From Methylorubrum extorquens (GTDB lineage Bacteria > Pseudomonadota > Alphaproteobacteria > Rhizobiales > Beijerinckiaceae), in contig LT962688.1 in assembly GCA_900234795.1 (NCBI GenBank), positions 90,001 to 122,000 of the forward strand: a DNA stretch of 32,000 nt. The letters run 5' to 3'. Position numbers and translations under genes: made by a program. The notes beneath the pieces were generated by a model. The model was given only the letters and a program-made list of their open reading frames with translations, had not been told where the DNA came from and made no database searches. Below are positions 28,014-32,000 of the stretch, piece by piece (position 1 is the first letter of the stretch; every line of letters starts with the position of its first letter).

Positions 28014-29123
28014 TCAGGACTTGGCGATCTCGCGAAGCAACATCGGCACGCGCGCCCACGGTTCCGTTGCCTGCTGGTTGTGCAGACGACCGAGCGCATC
28101 GTTCTGCCCGCCGACAATGAGGATATCCGGCCACCGCGAGCAAAAGGCCTCGACGCAGGCGGGATCGAAATGCCGTCCGCTCTCGGCCCGAATGAGGTCC
28201 AAAGCGTCGTCGAACGACATGGCGCCCTTGTAGGGACGCTGCGTCGTGAGGGCGTCGAACACGTCCGCCACGGCCACTATGCGGGCCGAGAGCGGGATAT
28301 CGGTTCCCGCAAGCCCCTGCGGATAGCCGCTGCCGTCCCACTTCTCGTGGTGTGACTCCGCAATCTCTGCAGCGAGGCTGATCAGCTCGGAGGAACTATC
28401 GCCGAGAATACGCTTGCCGATCGCGGCATGGGTCCTGACGAGCGAAAACTCCTCCGGATCGAGCCGACCCGGTTTCAACAGCACTCCGTCCGGAATCGCG
28501 ACCTTGCCGACATCGTGCAGGGGCGCTGCGAGATACAGGTTCCGGCAGACCTCCGGCGCGAGGTCGAGGGCCTCCGCCACGATCTGGCTGTAGCGCGCCA
28601 CGCGCCAGGTGTGATCACCGGTGTCGTTGTCACGATACTCGACGGCAAGCGACAGGCGGAAGATGATTTCTTCCTCGCGCTCGCGCAAATGGCGCAGGGC
28701 CATCTCCACCTCGCCGTCGAGCCACGTGGCCTGCTCCGCCAATTTCCGGACGGCTTGGGCCAACCGGATGAGGTTGCGCAGCCGGACGGTGAGTTCGATG
28801 CCGCGCATGGACTTGTCGATGAAGTCGGTCGCACCGGCATCGAGCGCGGCAAGACGCACCGAGTCGGAGACATCGCTCGTCACCATGACGATCGGGACAA
28901 GACTGTAGTGAGGGACCTTTCGCAAGCTTTGGATGAACTCAATCCCATCCATGGCTGGCATGTGATAGTCGACCACGACGAGGTCGAAGGCGCGCATGGT
29001 CGCCTCCAACAGCCCCGCCGCCGGATCGGCATGGTCCGTCACCGCCACGTCGGGCTCAGCCTCAAGAAGGCCGCGCAGGCGAAGGCGCATGGTCGCGCTG
29101 TCATCGACCAGCAGTGCGTCCAT
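28014..29123 (-). CDS. response regulator with HD-GYP domain (RpfG-like c-di-GMP phosphodiesterase)
   Basis: 369 aa. REC domain with DD at residues 7-8 (LLVDDSATMR), acceptor Asp in VVVDYHMPAMDG, and a conserved Lys region (ATDFIDKS). HD-GYP motifs are HDVGKVAIPD and HHEKWDGSGYPQG. Confidence 0.9.
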   Translation of the reverse strand: MDALLVDDSATMRLRLRGLLEAEPDVAVTDHADPAAGLLEATMRAFDLVVVDYHMPAMDGIEFIQSLRKVPHYSLVPIVMVTSDVSDSVRLAALDAGATDFIDKSMRGIELTVRLRNLIRLAQAVRKLAEQATWLDGEVEMALRHLREREEEIIFRLSLAVEYRDNDTGDHTWRVARYSQIVAEALDLAPEVCRNLYLAAPLHDVGKVAIPDGVLLKPGRLDPEEFSLVRTHAAIGKRILGDSSSELISLAAEIAESHHEKWDGSGYPQGLAGTDIPLSARIVAVADVFDALTTQRPYKGAMSFDDALDLIRAESGRHFDPACVEAFCSRWPDILIVGGQNDALGRLHNQQATEPWARVPMLLREIAKS

Positions 29124-29331
29124 CCTCGGATCTCCTAATCGGAACGCGCGATTGCAGAGCTGGGGTGAAAAGCATCACGCAAAGTTTTCATGTCGGCCGG
29201 CACGCACGGACCAACGCATAGCCATCAAATGGTAAACAATTTTGCCAAATTCGCCTGTCAGCAGTCGTCTGGCGAACGTTGTTCGCGGCAGTTACACCCC
29301 AGTGTTTTCAAGCATTACACAAATGATTTAT

Positions 29332-29350
29332 CAGTAATGCGCAATTACTG
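29332..29350. promoter_or_regulatory. 19-bp inverted repeat CAGTAAT-GCGCA-ATTACTG in the AT-rich region upstream of the response regulator
   Basis: Perfect 7-bp arms with a 5-bp spacer. ATTAC-containing motifs recur at 29314-29320 and 29357-29363 (both ATTACAC). An ACACGTGT palindrome is at 29360-29367. GCGAAC-GTT-GTTCGC is at 29272-29286. Confidence 0.3.
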
Positions 29351-29809
29351 TCTTTGATTACACGTGTGAAATGGAAATAAACCACCTAATCTGTATCAAT
29401 TAGCACACTGACGCAAACTGAGCCGGCAGGCGCGGTTCCCGCCTGCAGCCGGCCGGATGGCGGCCACGTGAGCGGCGCCAAGCATCGACGCGTCAGGAAT
29501 GGAGCATGCGTCAGGCCTTGGGAAACAGGCACTGCCAGTTTCTGGGCTCGATCCCCGAATCGACCGGTGGGCCATGCGCCAGGGCTTCGACCTCAGCCGC
29601 GGGCTCGGTGCGGTCATCCGCAGCGACAACAATCCGTTCGCGATCGGCGACTGCATCACTCTTCGAGGCGGGGCGGTGTGCCGAAACCCGTCGTACGGAG
29701 GACCGCACAACGGTCGGCGATCCGTTCTCAGATCGGTTTTCCAAATTCAGTTTAGACTTGGAAATGAAATCCGGCGATTTGATCGACTCATAGCCCCGCG
29801 GAAATTCAT

Positions 29810-30478
29810 TCAACCAAGCTTGATGAACTTGGCTTTGCCTTGGACCGACCAGGGCCCTTTCACGCCGAACTCGGCGCAGAAGGCGTCCACGGCGCGCGTA
29901 ACGCCGGGAAAGCTGCCTCCGAGACGGTCGTAATCGTCGGCGATGAACAGGCCGCCGGGCCGCAGCACCGGCCACCATGCCCGGAGGTCGGCGGCGACGG
30001 ATGCTTCTTCGTGGCCGGCATCGAGATGGATCACGTCGGCGGTCACACCGCGCAGGCGCATCAGCTCGGCGGCATTCACCGAATCGAGCGGCAGCGGCAC
30101 CACCCGCTCGGCAAGTCCTTCGTGCAGAACATTGGCCAGGAAGGTGCGGTAGAGGCTGGGAAAGCCGTGCTCGGTGGCAAGTTCGGTGAAGAGGCTTTCG
30201 TCCATCCAGTGATCGACGGCGCCGAGCCAGGTATCGACCGCGACGACGGTGCCGTCGATCCCGTGCTCGGCCATCGTGCGAGCGAGGTAGAGCGCGCTCG
30301 CTCCCTTCCAGGTGCCGATCTCGACGACCACGCCGGGGCGGTGCTGGATCACCGCCTCCTCAAGATACGGGTGAACGCTGCGCCAGCCCTGAAGGTCGAG
30401 GGACCGCAAGGTGTTTGGGGGATCGGCGAAGGGATCGCGGCCGTGCCAGAGAGCGGCGATGATGTCCTGTCGGGTCAT
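29810..30478 (-). CDS. class I SAM-dependent methyltransferase (Methyltransf_24-like)
   Basis: 222 aa. Motif I VVEIGTWKGASALYLA; acidic loop VVAVDTW; IHLDAGHE; GGLFIADDY. Confidence 0.85.
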   Translation of the reverse strand: MTRQDIIAALWHGRDPFADPPNTLRSLDLQGWRSVHPYLEEAVIQHRPGVVVEIGTWKGASALYLARTMAEHGIDGTVVAVDTWLGAVDHWMDESLFTELATEHGFPSLYRTFLANVLHEGLAERVVPLPLDSVNAAELMRLRGVTADVIHLDAGHEEASVAADLRAWWPVLRPGGLFIADDYDRLGGSFPGVTRAVDAFCAEFGVKGPWSVQGKAKFIKLG

Positions 30479-30523
30479 GTCTTCGGCTCGGGAGAGAGGC
30501 GGGGGATCAACAGGAGGCAGGGT

Positions 30524-31579
30524 TCAGCCGGCACAGGCCCCTGCGTAGAGGGCCTCGCAGCGGTCGAGCCATAAGTCGCGGGTGAACAGGCGGCGGACAC
30601 GCGCATGCGGCACCGTGCGGGGGATCGTCAGCGCCGTGCCGATCGCCTGCGCGAGGGCGGCCTCGTCCTCAGGTGGAACGAGGCAGCCTGCCTCGCCGAC
30701 GACCTCTGCAGCCGCGCCCGTGGCGAAGCCGGCCACCGGCAGGCCGCAGGCCATCGCCTCGACCGTCACCAGCCCGAACGGTTCGTCCCAGCACGGCGTG
30801 AACAGGAAGACGGAGGCGCGGCCGATCTCCTGCGCCAGCGCCGGGCCGCCGAGATGGCCGCCGTAACGGATCGGGCCGCCGATGAGCGGGGCCACCTGCG
30901 TCTCCCAGTAGTCAGGCTCCTCGATCGGACCGAACAGGGTAAGGGGCAGGCCGGCCCGCTGCGCGGCTCGAACGGCGAGATGCGTCCCCTTGATCGGCGC
31001 GACGCGCCCGCACCAGACGGCACTGCCGTCGCCGTGCGCTTGATAGGGCCAAAGCGCGGGATCGATCCCGTTATGCAGCACCGAGACCTCGGGCGGAGCC
31101 CCGTCCGGCCACCAAGCCTGGGCCTGCGCCCGCGAGGTCACGGTGATCCGGTGACCGGGGGTGACACTGTCGTGCACGCACCATCGCAGGGCGTCGTAGG
31201 GCGGGACGTGCAGCGAGGTCACCGTCGGCACGGCGCCTGTGCGGCGGCGCTCGAGCGGCAGCCGGCTGAGGCTGTTGTTGTGCAGCACGTCGAAGCCACC
31301 GGCCGCGATCCGGTCGCAAGCGGCGGCGTAGCCCGAATCGACATGCGCCTTCAGCCCCGGATCGCCCCGGTGCTCCAGTCCCGGAAAACTCCGCTCGTGA
31401 TGAACCGGGATCACCGGGTCGATCGAAAAGCGCGGGTCGCTGTCGCCGGCGGCGAACAGCACGACCTCGTGGCCACGCGCCGTCAGCCCCTCCGCGAGGT
31501 GCCAGGTATAGGCTTCCAGCCCGCCGGCGAAGGGCGGGGCGATCGGGTGGCGCAGATGGGCAAGGAGCGCAATCCTCAC
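30524..31579 (-). CDS. glycosyltransferase family 4 (GT-B, RfaG-like)
   Basis: 351 aa. N-terminus GGLEAYTWHLAEGLTARGHEV. C-terminal E-x7-E region EPFGLVTVEAMACGLPV. GTG at 31579 overlaps the upstream stop (GTGA). Confidence 0.9.
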   Translation of the reverse strand: MRIALLAHLRHPIAPPFAGGLEAYTWHLAEGLTARGHEVVLFAAGDSDPRFSIDPVIPVHHERSFPGLEHRGDPGLKAHVDSGYAAACDRIAAGGFDVLHNNSLSRLPLERRRTGAVPTVTSLHVPPYDALRWCVHDSVTPGHRITVTSRAQAQAWWPDGAPPEVSVLHNGIDPALWPYQAHGDGSAVWCGRVAPIKGTHLAVRAAQRAGLPLTLFGPIEEPDYWETQVAPLIGGPIRYGGHLGGPALAQEIGRASVFLFTPCWDEPFGLVTVEAMACGLPVAGFATGAAAEVVGEAGCLVPPEDEAALAQAIGTALTIPRTVPHARVRRLFTRDLWLDRCEALYAGACAG

Positions 31580-32000
31580 GCCGTCACCGGCACGGAGGCC
31601 GGTGGCACGTTCCGTTCGCGTGCGCGGGCTTCCAGATGCCGGATGACCGAGGCGGAGTTGGTGTAGGGCTGGTGGCTCTGCTGCCCGGTCAGCGCGAGAT
31701 CTTCAGCGTCGGGCCGGCGCAGGATGCGGATCGGCTGCTCCGGCGTGTCGTCGATCAGGCCCATCACCTTGAAGGCGTGAAGCCAGTGGCCCATGGTGCG
31801 GTAGCCCCATTTGGCCTCGAACAGCTCGGCGTTGCGCACCACGCTGTCGAGGTGGTGGATCGGTGGCATGTGGTGCGGGTGGTACTGGTGATAGGCCAGC
31901 GCGCCCTTCATCCAGGCGATCGGAAGACCGCACTGGTCGAGGATCTTGCCGAAATCGGTGTCCTCGCCGCCATAGCCGGTATAGCGCTCGTCGAAGCCGC
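31576..32000 (-). CDS. glycosyltransferase family 2-like protein, C-terminal part only (gene runs off the right window edge)
   Basis: The track ORF 31576..31911 continues upstream without a stop to the window edge. Minus-strand translation of 32000-31912 reads GFDERYTGYGGEDTDFGKILDQCGLPIAW, the GFDE.F.GYG.ED.D motif of GT2 / galactosyltransferase-C-like enzymes, and runs in frame into MKGALAYHQYHPHH... Confidence 0.75.
   Translation of the reverse strand, partial: GFDERYTGYGGEDTDFGKILDQCGLPIAWMKGALAYHQYHPHHMPPIHHLDSVVRNAELFEAKWGYRTMGHWLHAFKVMGLIDDTPEQPIRILRRPDAEDLALTGQQSHQPYTNSASVIRHLEARARERNVPPASVPVTA

Noticed and set aside
29190-29360. 56-aa ORF (MSAGTHGPTHSHQMVNNFAKFACQQSSGERCSRQLHPSVFKHYTNDLSVMRNYCL) inside the AT-rich island.
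   Set aside because: It has no RBS, atypical codon usage for this genome and no recognisable family. It spans the inverted repeats, which are more simply explained as regulatory DNA.
29574-29793. Reading the small plus-strand ORF next to the HD-GYP regulator as a PilZ (c-di-GMP receptor) domain, based on RWAMR (RxxxR-like) and DLSRGLG (DxSxxG-like).
   Set aside because: The two motifs are only 3 residues apart instead of the roughly 20-30 expected. The DxSxxG match is imperfect, and the ORF needs a hypothetical frameshift. The idea is attractive in context but not supported by the sequence.

Overview
High-GC (roughly 68-70% by eye) chromosomal segment that looks alphaproteobacterial, possibly Methylobacterium-like. 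That guess rests only on composition and protein motifs. Almost every gene is on the minus strand.

Contents, left to right:
1. An ECF sigma / anti-sigma / catalase-like haem protein / cytochrome b561 operon, with a divergently transcribed small secreted protein. Both appear to be driven by a mirror-symmetric pair of GGAAT-N16-CGTCT promoters.
2. An IS graveyard: an 842-bp IS5-family element (17-bp IRs, CTAG flanks) inserted into a decayed rve-type transposase remnant.
3. A 12-gene, translationally coupled Alternative Complex III (actABCDEF) plus caa3-type cytochrome c oxidase cluster. It is preceded by a ~750-bp non-coding leader carrying repeated palindromes.
4. serA followed by an FAD-linked oxidase (D-2-hydroxyglutarate-dehydrogenase-like). 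This gene is split by a 2-nt frameshift in a CT repeat and carries a C10 tract near its 5' end.
5. An IorAB-type molybdenum hydroxylase operon ending in a TehA/SLAC1-type channel gene.
6. An SDR gene with a divergent GlxA/AraC regulator.
7. A UvrA paralogue lacking the UvrB-binding domain.
8. An orphan REC-HD-GYP response regulator with a 260-bp AT-rich upstream island full of inverted repeats.
9. Methyltransferase, GT4 and partial GT2 glycan genes.

No rRNA, tRNA or CRISPR array was seen. No clearly new multi-gene system can be proven from the sequence alone; the best candidates are listed as findings. All family calls come from motif recognition by eye, with no database search. Start codons are often ambiguous, and many appear to be GTG within 4-nt overlaps.
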